DNA from: a virus
Length of the DNA stretch: 64,000 nucleotides
IMG/VR virus record: IMGVR_UViG_3300027659_000022
Coordinates: 1-64,000 of that record
Reading direction: 5' to 3' (one strand)
Position numbers and translations under genes: made by a program. This document shows, in pieces, positions 39,831 to 49,243 of this stretch. Each line of letters starts with the position of its first letter. Positions within the stretch are counted from its first letter, which is position 1. The notes beneath the pieces are model-generated. The model made no database searches. It saw nothing but the letters and a program-made list of their open reading frames with translations, and was not told where the DNA came from.

Positions 39831-40200
39831 TTTCTAACTCCATGATAGTTTCAATTTTAATTCTGATCACTTGATTATTCAGCGTGGTTTTCAAACCCAG
39901 ATGCAGTTGTTTAGGAAGATCATCTAGATCGGCCCAGCACACAGTCCGCACCGCAGAGTTTAGAAATTCTTGATCAACCACACACACATAGGTGCCGTAT
40001 TCAAATCCTCGATCCTCTGACAGATACAACTCAATAGGCAGTATTCTGCCTGTGGCATAATCTTTGAGCAGCGGAGCACTGTCTTCCAACAAAGGTCCTG
40101 TTCTCACGAAAGTAGGTACAGTCCATCGTTGATCCTCGAGGATCAACAGTATTCTACCTGTGGTTTTGGCTAAAAATAGCAGTCCGGCACGCTGTTGCAT
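39805..40200 (-). CDS. NUDIX-fold-like protein lacking the Nudix box
   Basis: Start re-called to ATG 40200 (TAAGTA-N5-ATG); AG.LF....GRILL..., W..P and W..L..LP..LH layout. Confidence 0.45.
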   Translation of the reverse strand: MQQRAGLLFLAKTTGRILLILEDQRWTVPTFVRTGPLLEDSAPLLKDYATGRILPIELYLSEDRGFEYGTYVCVVDQEFLNSAVRTVCWADLDDLPKQLHLGLKTTLNNQVIRIKIETIMELENVKPTTEI

Positions 40201-40214
40201 GTGAGTACTTAGCG

Positions 40215-41777
40215 TCAGACCATCCTGAAGTTCCAACGTCCTGGCGCATACTCGCCCTCAAAGGCCTTGAGCCATTGCGAGCCGTCCCATTTGTATTTGA
40301 TACCTGTGCGGATGTTTTGGATATAGGTGGCTTCGAAATCTTGATCAATAACGGCATCATCTTGTAAGGTGTTATCATCGGGATCCCAGATAGTGTTCCA
40401 CTTGGTTCCGGACCATTCTATGATGGAGTTAGCTGTGATTACAGGATCAGTGCCGTCCTGGTTTTCCCATGACGAATCGTCGTTGCCGGGCTCACGCCAA
40501 GCCTGTGGTCCGCGATAAGGCACATTGGTGCTGTCTGCGGGATTACTAGGGTATTCGATGAATCCTCCGCGATTCGCACTGTTGTTGACATCCTCCAACA
40601 TGAGGAATCTCAAACCTATAGGAATACCAGCATGATTACCATACACTTCTAGAGGATTGTATTTGTAAGGATCGATGATAGCATCCACGGTGCCACGAGT
40701 TTCTATAGCACTTGCTATATCTGAGTTAGCAGGATAGGTATCTGGATCTAGAGTCACAGTCAATACTGTTCTATCTAAAGGATTGATCACAAATGTGCCA
40801 ACAATTTCACTGTCACTATCTTTGAGAAAAAACACATCGCTGCCTGGTACATATCCGCCCTGTACTTCTAGGATACGATCCCATTCTACGGGCTCACCAT
40901 TTTTATATTCTTGTGCATCTAGTCCCAGTGATAAGACTGCTGCGTCAGGATTGACCAGCGTGAGGTCATACTGATTGTCTGTGAGGTTGCCTGTGTTAGA
41001 CTTAAACAGCAGCACACGATATCTGTTACTAGAATTAGTTACTATAGATACTGTTGGTTTTTCACGATTGTAAATTAACTGTTCGAGATCAGCAACATCT
41101 CCAGTTTCTGTGAACACATTTGAAATAATAGTCTGTACGATACCTAATTTTTTAACTTTCGCAGGGGCAGTGATATAGATTGGTATTTCAAAGTCAAGGC
41201 TACAGACATCTATTTCGCTTTCCGCACCAGCAGGAATAGTCCTTGAGGTAAAGTTTGTGCTGGTAAGATACAGTGTGCTGAGACTGGTCCAATCTAGATA
41301 GTTGTCTGTGGTCTGTAGTTCTAGACTAGGGTTAAACAGCACAAGGATCTGTTCCAGCAGTTGCAGCTTTTGATCTGTGTTAGAAGTCCATATGTCTGCT
41401 TTCATGGTCATCTTGAAAGGAGTTGGCATTAGTCTTTCTACGGTATAGTTGCCACCCTGCGCATTTTGATATTCTCTAGTTCCCGCAGCATCTGTGAATC
41501 TGCGTTCCCTCACATGCACTTTAGAAACAAACGTAGGATCACTGAGCCGCGACGTATCCATTTCTAGGGCACTGATATAACAGCTGATCTTGGGCACAGA
41601 CGGCATTTTATTTTCTGAATTTTCTTTGATGATAGCAGCTACCTGGCGTGCCTGGTCACCATAGCTTACAGGCACACTGATCTCATCACCATTGCCAGCT
41701 TTGTATTTGAAGCCTATGAACACACGCATGAACTGTGTTACATAGCGTCTTATTTGTCCGTCATAGAAAAAATCCAT
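40215..41777 (-). CDS. gp15: tail sheath stabiliser/tail terminator (T4 gp15-like) with long C-terminal extension
   Basis: FFYDGQIRRY..QF..., VPV.YG, P.P......IW..N.DQKLQ.LEQIL.LFNP. Confidence 0.85.
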   Translation of the reverse strand: MDFFYDGQIRRYVTQFMRVFIGFKYKAGNGDEISVPVSYGDQARQVAAIIKENSENKMPSVPKISCYISALEMDTSRLSDPTFVSKVHVRERRFTDAAGTREYQNAQGGNYTVERLMPTPFKMTMKADIWTSNTDQKLQLLEQILVLFNPSLELQTTDNYLDWTSLSTLYLTSTNFTSRTIPAGAESEIDVCSLDFEIPIYITAPAKVKKLGIVQTIISNVFTETGDVADLEQLIYNREKPTVSIVTNSSNRYRVLLFKSNTGNLTDNQYDLTLVNPDAAVLSLGLDAQEYKNGEPVEWDRILEVQGGYVPGSDVFFLKDSDSEIVGTFVINPLDRTVLTVTLDPDTYPANSDIASAIETRGTVDAIIDPYKYNPLEVYGNHAGIPIGLRFLMLEDVNNSANRGGFIEYPSNPADSTNVPYRGPQAWREPGNDDSSWENQDGTDPVITANSIIEWSGTKWNTIWDPDDNTLQDDAVIDQDFEATYIQNIRTGIKYKWDGSQWLKAFEGEYAPGRWNFRMV

Positions 41778-43168
41778 TATTCATCCGCCTGTGGTCTTAG
41801 AGCCTTGGTAAGGCTCTGCTTTTCTTTGGTCTCATGACCATCTATGGTAGTCACTGTGGTGTTGTTGACAAACGTGGCCTTTTGTGTCTGACGAATATCT
41901 TTGCCAGCATAGGTACCACCTGCAGCCACATCACTGGCTCCGAGATTGTTCATGGTCATGCGCACATTGTCCTCAAATTTAGTCCAACGTCTGCCATCAA
42001 ATCTAAACAGTCTGTTGGGTAGATAATCAGTCCTAAGAGCAAACTGCCCCACAGTGGGATTGATAGGAAATGCGATACCAGCAGTAAATGGAGCGCCGTT
42101 AGGCGGCAGGCCATCTCTGGTCAGATACCCGTTATAGCCGTCGCCGTCTGCAGACATAAGCATCGAGCTTGCAGTCTGTCCTACGTAGACAGGATTGCCG
42201 TCTGCATCAAACAACGGTGTGCCATCTATGTCAGTGGCCTGTGTCTCAGCATCTACAGTCACAGCAGTGGCATCTACCGAAGCAAGTTCCGCTGTGCCAT
42301 CCTCTGCTCTCTGCAAGGTGTAGAACTTGCTGTTATCATATCCACTCTTAGGAGCATCAGCTTCTGCTTGATTTAATACAGCTGACGTGATCTGCATTTC
42401 TTTGTTGTAGGTAGAGATGATATCTTTCAGCGTGTCAGCGATCACATAGTAGGTACCATTGGGAGGTGCAACTCCTGTTACTTCTTGGGTGACCTGATAT
42501 TTCTTGCCATCTGCGCCTGTGACAATGTCTCCAGGATAGTAAGTGATATCAGCATTGTAGGAGCCTCGGTCGGAGTCTGTGTTGGCTATGCCGTCTAAGA
42601 TCTGTTTATATTCTTGGCTGTCTACCAATGGTTTGCATTTGGCTCTGTACAGATGCGGATACCATGTCACAGAAAATCCTTCTGCTGCTCTGCTTACTTC
42701 TTCGATGACATAAAATCTTTTCAGCGCATACTGAAGATCGTTCAACGCATATTCATCTGTGAGGTGCGGCAGTTCTATCACATCACCTGCGATGATTTTA
42801 CGACCTATCTTTTCCACAGTGTCGTTGATGTGGAACGTAATAAAAATAGTATCGTTCTGTAGAAACAGTCCAAATTGGCTGAGATTGAAATCTATGTCTG
42901 AGAGATTATACACCCCCCTAAGCAGATAAATGTCGGGATCATATTTGCGATCTCGATTTTCTAAGAACAATAGATCCTGTATGTTAAAGGGATCGTCTGT
43001 GTTGTACGTGGGCGTCGAAGGAGTGTTGCCCTGCACAGCGGTATCGGGCCCAAGATATTTGTGCACCAGCACATCCGTGCCGCCAACCTGGAACATTTCC
43101 CAGATGGTTTTATCTATAAATCGGTAATCATTGCCCTTTTGGGGCCGGTAGAGACTGAGTCTTGGCAT
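41777..43168 (-). CDS. gp14: neck/head-closure protein (T4 gp14-like)
   Basis: Start re-called to ATG 43168 (MPRLSLY); DLLFLENRDRKY, LSQFGLFL..D, GDVIELP; adjacent to gp15 and gp13. Confidence 0.75.
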   Translation of the reverse strand: MPRLSLYRPQKGNDYRFIDKTIWEMFQVGGTDVLVHKYLGPDTAVQGNTPSTPTYNTDDPFNIQDLLFLENRDRKYDPDIYLLRGVYNLSDIDFNLSQFGLFLQNDTIFITFHINDTVEKIGRKIIAGDVIELPHLTDEYALNDLQYALKRFYVIEEVSRAAEGFSVTWYPHLYRAKCKPLVDSQEYKQILDGIANTDSDRGSYNADITYYPGDIVTGADGKKYQVTQEVTGVAPPNGTYYVIADTLKDIISTYNKEMQITSAVLNQAEADAPKSGYDNSKFYTLQRAEDGTAELASVDATAVTVDAETQATDIDGTPLFDADGNPVYVGQTASSMLMSADGDGYNGYLTRDGLPPNGAPFTAGIAFPINPTVGQFALRTDYLPNRLFRFDGRRWTKFEDNVRMTMNNLGASDVAAGGTYAGKDIRQTQKATFVNNTTVTTIDGHETKEKQSLTKALRPQADE

Positions 43169-43175
43169 AGTCATA

Positions 43176-43196
43176 TATTTACCGCTACGATAAATA
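43176..43196. promoter_or_regulatory. back-to-back divergent late promoters
   Basis: TATTTA (43176-81, TAAATA on -) and TAAATA (43191-96) separated by 9 bp. Confidence 0.7.
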
Positions 43197-43201
43197 CTAT
43201 C

Positions 43202-43960
43202 ATGAGCACAACTGATCAAGCAAAACAACAGGTTTTTGACTACTGCAAGGCCATGCTGGGTGACGGCATGATCGACATAGAACTAGACCCTATACACTAC
43301 GAAACCGCACTGAATCGCAGTCTAGCTGTGTTTAGGCAGCGCAGTGATAACGCTGTAGAGGAAAGTTATTGTTTTCTCACACTAACTGAAAGCAACAACG
43401 AATATATCCTTCCTAAAGAAATACAACAGGTTAGACAGATATTCCGTCGTTCAGTGGGATCTAGAACGGGCAATGGCACAGGTGGAACGGTGTTTGAACC
43501 GTTCAATTTAGCCTATTCCAATACCTATCTGTTAAGCTCGACTAACATGGGCGGATTAGCTACCTATGAACTGTTTGCACAATATCAGGAACTGGTGGGC
43601 AAAATGTTCGGCTCCTTTATCAACTTCACATGGCACCCACAGAGCCATAAGCTGATCATACATCAACGTCCTAGAGGCGAAGAGTCTGTGATGCTACAGG
43701 TCTATAATACCAAACCCGACTTCGCTATCATAGATGATGTGTATTCTGGGCAGTGGATCAAGGACTATACCTTGGCCAACTGCAAGATGATGCTGGGCCA
43801 AGCACGTGAAAAATTCGCACAGATCGCAGGACCACAGGGTGGTTCGGGGCTCAACGGTGCTGCTATGAAAACTGAAGCTGCCGCAGAAATGGAAAAACTA
43901 GTGGATGACCTAATGAAGCTAGTGCCCGGCGGTTCAGGGTATTCTTGGATAATTGGCTAA
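43202..43960 (+). CDS. gp13: neck protein (T4 gp13-like)
   Basis: Start re-called to ATG 43202; LG.GMI.IEL, W.KDYTLA..K..LG..R.KF..I.GP.G...LNG motifs. Confidence 0.85.
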   Translation: MSTTDQAKQQVFDYCKAMLGDGMIDIELDPIHYETALNRSLAVFRQRSDNAVEESYCFLTLTESNNEYILPKEIQQVRQIFRRSVGSRTGNGTGGTVFEPFNLAYSNTYLLSSTNMGGLATYELFAQYQELVGKMFGSFINFTWHPQSHKLIIHQRPRGEESVMLQVYNTKPDFAIIDDVYSGQWIKDYTLANCKMMLGQAREKFAQIAGPQGGSGLNGAAMKTEAAAEMEKLVDDLMKLVPGGSGYSWIIG

Positions 43961-43966
43961 AAATTC

Positions 43967-43995
43967 TTGACTCTTTGATTATTCTATAGTATACT
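43967..43995 (+). promoter_or_regulatory. sigma70-like early promoter for dNMP kinase
   Basis: TTGACT-N17-TATACT, followed by AGGAG SD. Confidence 0.75.
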
Positions 43996-44015
43996 GTCTT
44001 TGTAAGGAGACATTT

Positions 44016-44687
44016 ATGATTATAGGAGTATGTGGTTTTATTGGCAGCGGCAAGGACACCGTCGCAGACTATCTGGTTAACTTCCACGAATTTAGACGAG
44101 AATCATTTGCCAGCACACTGAAAGATGCTGTGGCAGCCGTATTTGGTTGGGACAGAACCATGTTGGAAGGTCGTACTAAAGCAGCTCGTGAGTGGCGCGA
44201 ACAGGTAGATCCATGGTGGGCCAAACGCTTAGATATGCCTACGCTAACCCCTCGATGGGTCTTGCAATACTGGGGCACAGAAGTCTGTAGAAAATCCTTC
44301 CACGATGATATCTGGATAGCCAGTTTAGAAAACAAACTGCGAAATTCACAGGATCATGTGGTAATCTCAGACTGCCGTTTTCCTAATGAAATTGCCAGCA
44401 TACGCAATGCGGGCGGTAAAATCATTTGGGTGCAACGTGGTGCGTTACCCGAGTGGTATGATACCGCAGTGGCAGCTAATCAAGGCTATAATTGGGCTCA
44501 TCAAGATCTCAAGATGCGAAAGATACACGCTTCAGAGACTGCTTGGGTGGGCACAGAGTTTGATCATATCTTGATCAACGATCACAGCATAGACGAGCTC
44601 TACGATACTGTGAGATCAATAATCAGCAACGAGATCACCTTGACGCCAAGTGACTCCTTCTTTGCTCAGAACGCCAGCACAGTTTAG
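44016..44687 (+). CDS. deoxynucleoside monophosphate kinase (T4 gp1-like)
   Basis: G..GSGKDT P-loop, FA..LK, TPR.VLQ..GTE, ISDCRF.NE, H.SE. Confidence 0.92.
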   Translation: MIIGVCGFIGSGKDTVADYLVNFHEFRRESFASTLKDAVAAVFGWDRTMLEGRTKAAREWREQVDPWWAKRLDMPTLTPRWVLQYWGTEVCRKSFHDDIWIASLENKLRNSQDHVVISDCRFPNEIASIRNAGGKIIWVQRGALPEWYDTAVAANQGYNWAHQDLKMRKIHASETAWVGTEFDHILINDHSIDELYDTVRSIISNEITLTPSDSFFAQNASTV

Positions 44688-44951
44688 ACATATGGTTTTA
44701 AGATTCGCAGCTCGGCAGTTGTCTAAATTGCCGTCCATGTGAAACACTCTAAAAACTTCCGCATGCGGAGAACGAAACCCGCATTTTTCACACTGCGATT
44801 TCATTCTATAGCCACTGCGCAACCATCGTGGCACTCCTGTGTATAACCCATGAGCCATACAGATTTCACAGAGACTTCTATAATAGGTCTTGGAATTTTT
44901 CTTATAGTTCACAGCACAGGGTCTTGCACCGCACTTGCATAGTGGTCTCAT
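44616..44951 (-). CDS. zinc-finger/HNH-like protein
   Basis: Start re-called to ATG 44951 (TAAATA-N5-ATG on -); CKC, CEIC, CEKC, H.DGN..N....NL...C.NC. Confidence 0.7.
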   Translation of the reverse strand: MRPLCKCGARPCAVNYKKNSKTYYRSLCEICMAHGLYTGVPRWLRSGYRMKSQCEKCGFRSPHAEVFRVFHMDGNLDNCRAANLKTICLNCAGVLSKEGVTWRQGDLVADY

Positions 44952-44956
44952 ACAGA

Positions 44957-44962
44957 TATTTA
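44957..44962 (-). promoter_or_regulatory. late promoter TAAATA-N5-ATG
   Basis: Minus strand reads TAAATA TCTGT ATG. Confidence 0.65.
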
Positions 44963-45064
44963 ACGCTTCTGTACCTTTTGCGCCCCTTTTGATTGGCACG
45001 TAATCATCCATTTTTACTTGATACAGCTAAATATTATGAGCAACTATTACCAGGAGAAAATGGG

Positions 45065-48000
45065 ATGGCACTACAATCACCAGGCGTACAAGTTACGGTA
45101 ATCGACGAGAGTTTTTATACACCAGCAGAACCTGGTACCACACCTCTTATCGTAGTAGCAACAGCGCAAGATAAAACCAATGGTGCAGGCACAGGCACTG
45201 CATTAGGTACCACAGCGGCCAATGCTGGCAAGGCCTTTAAGATAACCAGCCAGCGAGAACTTACAGAAACATTCGGCGTTCCATTCTTTGAGAAAACAGC
45301 CAGTGCTACTCCTGTACATGGTTCAGAGCGCAACGAATACGGACTGCTTACAGCCTACAGTTTATTGGGTGTAAGCAATGCTGCTTTTATCGTAAGAGCA
45401 GATGTCGACCTAGACGAACTAGAAGCACAGACTGACGCCCCGGGAGCGAATCCCACAAACGGCCAGTGGTGGATTGATACGCAGGCCACAACCTGGGGTA
45501 TCCAAGAGTGGAATGGTGCCGCTGCAACAGTAGCAGGCGGCCAGAAATTCACATATAAAGTGCCAATCGTACTCACAGACGCAGACTATCCTTCAAAAAT
45601 TGTTCTTAATGGCAACGCCCCAAAAGAAGGAGTAGGCAAGATTGGTGACTATGCTGTGGTTTTCCGCACAGTGGAAGGTGACACTAGTTTTGGTGCAGAA
45701 GAAGAATATGCTAGAATCTATTACAAGAGTCCCGGTGCTCCAGCGTCTGCTGGTGGCAATGTAGCTGCGGTTGATGCAGGCGAATGGGTTCTAGTTGGAT
45801 CTAACGAATGGCAGTCTAGCTGGCCTACAGTTAGCGGGACAGCAGTTAATACTTCAGTGACTTATGATTTTTATATAAACAACAGTTTGGTCACTGGTAC
45901 AGGAACTATTACGCAAGTGGCCTCAGCTATTAACTCTGGCAGTATTGAAGGAGTCAGCGCCCAGGCCATCAGCGGTAGATTGTACATTTACTCCAATGGT
46001 GAAACAAGCGCCACCGACGACTCAACCGGAGCAGATGGCAGAATTGTAATAGCGGTTGGAACATCTCCTTTAAGTAATGTTGGATTGACAGCAGGAACAT
46101 ATCTCAATCCTCGTCTAGCACAACAACCCCATACATCAATACCTGCGTTCAAACTTGCAGATAATGCCGGAACGGTAGGCGGAGCAGCCACTGGCAGTGT
46201 GTGGGTCAAAACCACCGAACCCAATAACGGCGCTCGTTTGAGAGCCAAACGTTGGAGCTCAGCCACACTGTCATGGGTCAGCTATGAAGCACCTATCTAT
46301 GACACCACCTCAGCAGCTCTGTACTATCTAGATCGCAGCGGAGGCGGTGCAGGTATTGCAGAAGATGCATTATTCACACAGTCAAATGCCAAAGAAACAT
46401 CTGGTCTTGACACAACACCTGCTACAGCAACATTTAGATTATGGCGTAGAAATATTGCTGTAGGTTCAGCTACCAGCATCACCAGCAATATAATTAAAAA
46501 CGGCACATTGGGATCATCAGGTACCAAAACATTTACCATCAGTGAATCACTGAAAACCACACTTGCCCTAGACACTGCGAAAACAATTACATTTACAGCA
46601 GTCAATACCAGCGCAGATGCAGAACTAATGGCTGCGGCTATTAACGCAGCTGGATTTACCAACATTGTGGCTTCTGTTACAGCAGTCAGCCTTACATCTA
46701 ACAGATTAATTATCAGTCACACACTAGGTGGAGATTTTAGACTAGTAGATACAGTAAGCACCGCAGTGGCCAGTATGTTTACTGCTTACAACATAGACAC
46801 ACTAGCAGGCACAGAAAACTTCTACGCTGCAGAATCTGCAGTAGGAGGCTACCTAGCTTCTGGTTGGAAGCCACTAGCAGCCTCGGATCCAAGATTTGCT
46901 GCTTCTCCAGATGCTCCGTTGAACGAGCCACAGGACGGTCAGTTATGGTATAATCCGAACTTCTCAGAAGTTGATCTAATGGTGCACAATGGTAATACAT
47001 GGGTTGGATATCGTCATTCGACAGCACCGTACTATGAAGCAGCCACAGCAACATTGAGAAACGGATATCTGCCTATAGTGTCAGCTTCAAATCCCTACAA
47101 GGCCAGCGTAACTGCCAATGGTGATATATGGATCAGCACAGCGGATCTTGAAAATTATCCTACCATTTACAGATACAACACCAACTTGAGTGATGTACCT
47201 GATCTTGCACAGCGTTGGGAACTGGTAGACAAAGCAGACGATACCACAGAAGAAGGTGTGTTGTTTGCAGATGCACGTTGGAATACCGCAGGTACTTCAA
47301 CAGTGGCCAGCACCATAGAAGACCTAATTACCAACAACTTCTTAGATCCAGACGCTCCGGATCCTGCACTATATCCTAAGGGTATGCTGTTATGGAACCT
47401 ACGCCGCAGCGGAGGTAACGTCAAACAGTATCAAAACAGCTACATTGATACTACCGCTGATAATCCAAGAACCAGTGCAGCTACACTAGCAGGTTCAGCA
47501 TTTGTCAGCGGCAGCGGTGAAAGCATGGAAACCTATGCCACAGACCGTTGGACCACAGCTTCAGGCAACAACGAAGATGGCTCAGGATCATTTGGTCGCA
47601 AAGCACAGCGCAAGGTTGTAACACAGGCCTTGAAGAGTGTAGTTGATACCAGTCAAGAGATCCGTGACGAAGAACGCCGCAATTTCAACATCATAGCTGC
47701 TCCTGGTTATCCAGAACTGTTGAGCAATCTAGTGAATCTAAACATCGATCGCGGTGTTACAGCGTTCGTGGTTGGCGACACACCGTTGAGACTACCTTCA
47801 GATGCCACAAGTTTAACCACATGGGGTACTAATGCTAACCTAGTCACAGACAACGGTGACGATGGTGTTGTTACATATGATGAGTATTTGGCGGTTTATT
47901 ATCCAAACGGATTCACCACTGATCTCAGCGGTTCGCCTGCAGTGGTTCCAGCTAGCCACATGATGCTGAAGACCATCACACTCAGTGACAACGTCAGCTT

Positions 48001-48529
48001 CCCATGGTTTGCACCAGCAGGAACACGTCGAGGTGGTATTACTAATGCAACAGCAGTGGGTTATATTGACGCTGCCACAGGTGAATTCCAAACTGTAGCT
48101 CTAAACGAAGGACAGCGTGATACATTGTATGATCTTAAGATCAATCCAATTCCATTCTTCAACGGAATAGGATTAGTAGCACACGGACAAAAGACTCGCG
48201 CAAGAAACGCTTCAGCATTGGATCGTATCAATGTAGCACGTTTAGTGGTATATCTACGCAGCCAGTTGAACAAGCTAGCTCGTCCGTATATCTTTGAACC
48301 CAATGATAAAATCACACGTGATGAAATCAAACAAGCTGTAGATAGTCTATTGTTAGAACTAGTAGGACTAAGAGCACTCTACGACTTTGCGGTTGTCTGT
48401 GACGAAAGCAACAACACACCTGCAAGGATAGATCGCAACGAACTGTATGTTGATATTGCAATTGAACCCGTGAAGGCGATTGAGTTCATTTACATTCCGT
48501 TACGTGTCAAGAACACAGGAGAAATTTAA
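45065..48529 (+). CDS. gp18: tail sheath protein (T4 gp18-like) with large internal insertion
   Basis: Start re-called to ATG 45065 (L.SPGV.V..IDES; AGGAG SD; TAAATA at 45028); PWFAPAG.RRG, RINVARL, FEPND, VCDESNNTP..ID, EFIYIP. Confidence 0.93.
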   Translation: MALQSPGVQVTVIDESFYTPAEPGTTPLIVVATAQDKTNGAGTGTALGTTAANAGKAFKITSQRELTETFGVPFFEKTASATPVHGSERNEYGLLTAYSLLGVSNAAFIVRADVDLDELEAQTDAPGANPTNGQWWIDTQATTWGIQEWNGAAATVAGGQKFTYKVPIVLTDADYPSKIVLNGNAPKEGVGKIGDYAVVFRTVEGDTSFGAEEEYARIYYKSPGAPASAGGNVAAVDAGEWVLVGSNEWQSSWPTVSGTAVNTSVTYDFYINNSLVTGTGTITQVASAINSGSIEGVSAQAISGRLYIYSNGETSATDDSTGADGRIVIAVGTSPLSNVGLTAGTYLNPRLAQQPHTSIPAFKLADNAGTVGGAATGSVWVKTTEPNNGARLRAKRWSSATLSWVSYEAPIYDTTSAALYYLDRSGGGAGIAEDALFTQSNAKETSGLDTTPATATFRLWRRNIAVGSATSITSNIIKNGTLGSSGTKTFTISESLKTTLALDTAKTITFTAVNTSADAELMAAAINAAGFTNIVASVTAVSLTSNRLIISHTLGGDFRLVDTVSTAVASMFTAYNIDTLAGTENFYAAESAVGGYLASGWKPLAASDPRFAASPDAPLNEPQDGQLWYNPNFSEVDLMVHNGNTWVGYRHSTAPYYEAATATLRNGYLPIVSASNPYKASVTANGDIWISTADLENYPTIYRYNTNLSDVPDLAQRWELVDKADDTTEEGVLFADARWNTAGTSTVASTIEDLITNNFLDPDAPDPALYPKGMLLWNLRRSGGNVKQYQNSYIDTTADNPRTSAATLAGSAFVSGSGESMETYATDRWTTASGNNEDGSGSFGRKAQRKVVTQALKSVVDTSQEIRDEERRNFNIIAAPGYPELLSNLVNLNIDRGVTAFVVGDTPLRLPSDATSLTTWGTNANLVTDNGDDGVVTYDEYLAVYYPNGFTTDLSGSPAVVPASHMMLKTITLSDNVSFPWFAPAGTRRGGITNATAVGYIDAATGEFQTVALNEGQRDTLYDLKINPIPFFNGIGLVAHGQKTRARNASALDRINVARLVVYLRSQLNKLARPYIFEPNDKITRDEIKQAVDSLLLELVGLRALYDFAVVCDESNNTPARIDRNELYVDIAIEPVKAIEFIYIPLRVKNTGEI

Positions 48530-48531
48530 AA

Positions 48532-49182
48532 ATGGCAATTACATCACTGAATAATTTAGGTATTCCAACAACTAACGCAGCTGGCAGCACACAAGTGCTG
48601 TTGATGCCTAAATTAAAATATCGCTTTAGGGTTACATTGTTGGGTTTTGGAGTTGCCGCTGCCACAGAACTTACCAAGCAGGTACAGGACGTGACTAGAC
48701 CCAAGGTGTCATTTGAAGAAATGACCTTAGACATCTATAATTCCAAAGTCAAACTGGCCGGAAGATATACCCTGGAAAATATTACATTGACCTTACGTGA
48801 TGATGCCAGCGGTCAAGTGCAAAAACTTGTGGGACAACAGATCCAGAAACAATACGATTTCATGGAACAGGCATCTGCTCGTTCAGGTATCGACTATAAA
48901 TTTACCACACGCATTGAAGTCTTAGACGGTGGTAACGGCGCTTTGGTTCCTTCAACTCTAGAAACATTCGAACTATATGGATGCTTTGTTCAGAACGCAG
49001 ACTACGGTGATGCCAACTATTCTACCAATGAACATATGACGGTGGCATTGACGCTCGCCTACGATAATTTGGTTCAGTTCGCAGCAGGCGCAGCATCTAC
49101 TAGCCCGATTGGTGGTATTGGTGCAGCAGTAGGACGCTCTCTTGGTGCAGCCGTAACTGGTGCATCAACTACACAGGGTTAA
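48532..49182 (+). CDS. gp19: tail tube protein (T4 gp19-like)
   Basis: Follows the sheath; P.LKYRFRV, KLAG...I.LTLRDD, ELYGCF, LTL.YD. Confidence 0.88.
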   Translation: MAITSLNNLGIPTTNAAGSTQVLLMPKLKYRFRVTLLGFGVAAATELTKQVQDVTRPKVSFEEMTLDIYNSKVKLAGRYTLENITLTLRDDASGQVQKLVGQQIQKQYDFMEQASARSGIDYKFTTRIEVLDGGNGALVPSTLETFELYGCFVQNADYGDANYSTNEHMTVALTLAYDNLVQFAAGAASTSPIGGIGAAVGRSLGAAVTGASTTQG

Positions 49183-49199
49183 TTGAACCTATAATCAAG

Positions 49200-49226
49200 A
49201 AAAGCTCGATTATTCGAGCTTTTTTT
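49200..49226 (+). terminator. Rho-independent terminator after tube gene
   Basis: AAAGCTCGA-TTAT-TCGAGCTTT plus T-run. Confidence 0.85.
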
Positions 49227-49232
49227 GTGACA

Positions 49233-49238
49233 TAAATA
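49233..49238 (+). promoter_or_regulatory. late promoter TAAATA-N5-ATG
   Basis: TAAATA TTTGT ATG(49244); no SD. Confidence 0.7.
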
Positions 49239-49243
49239 TTTGT

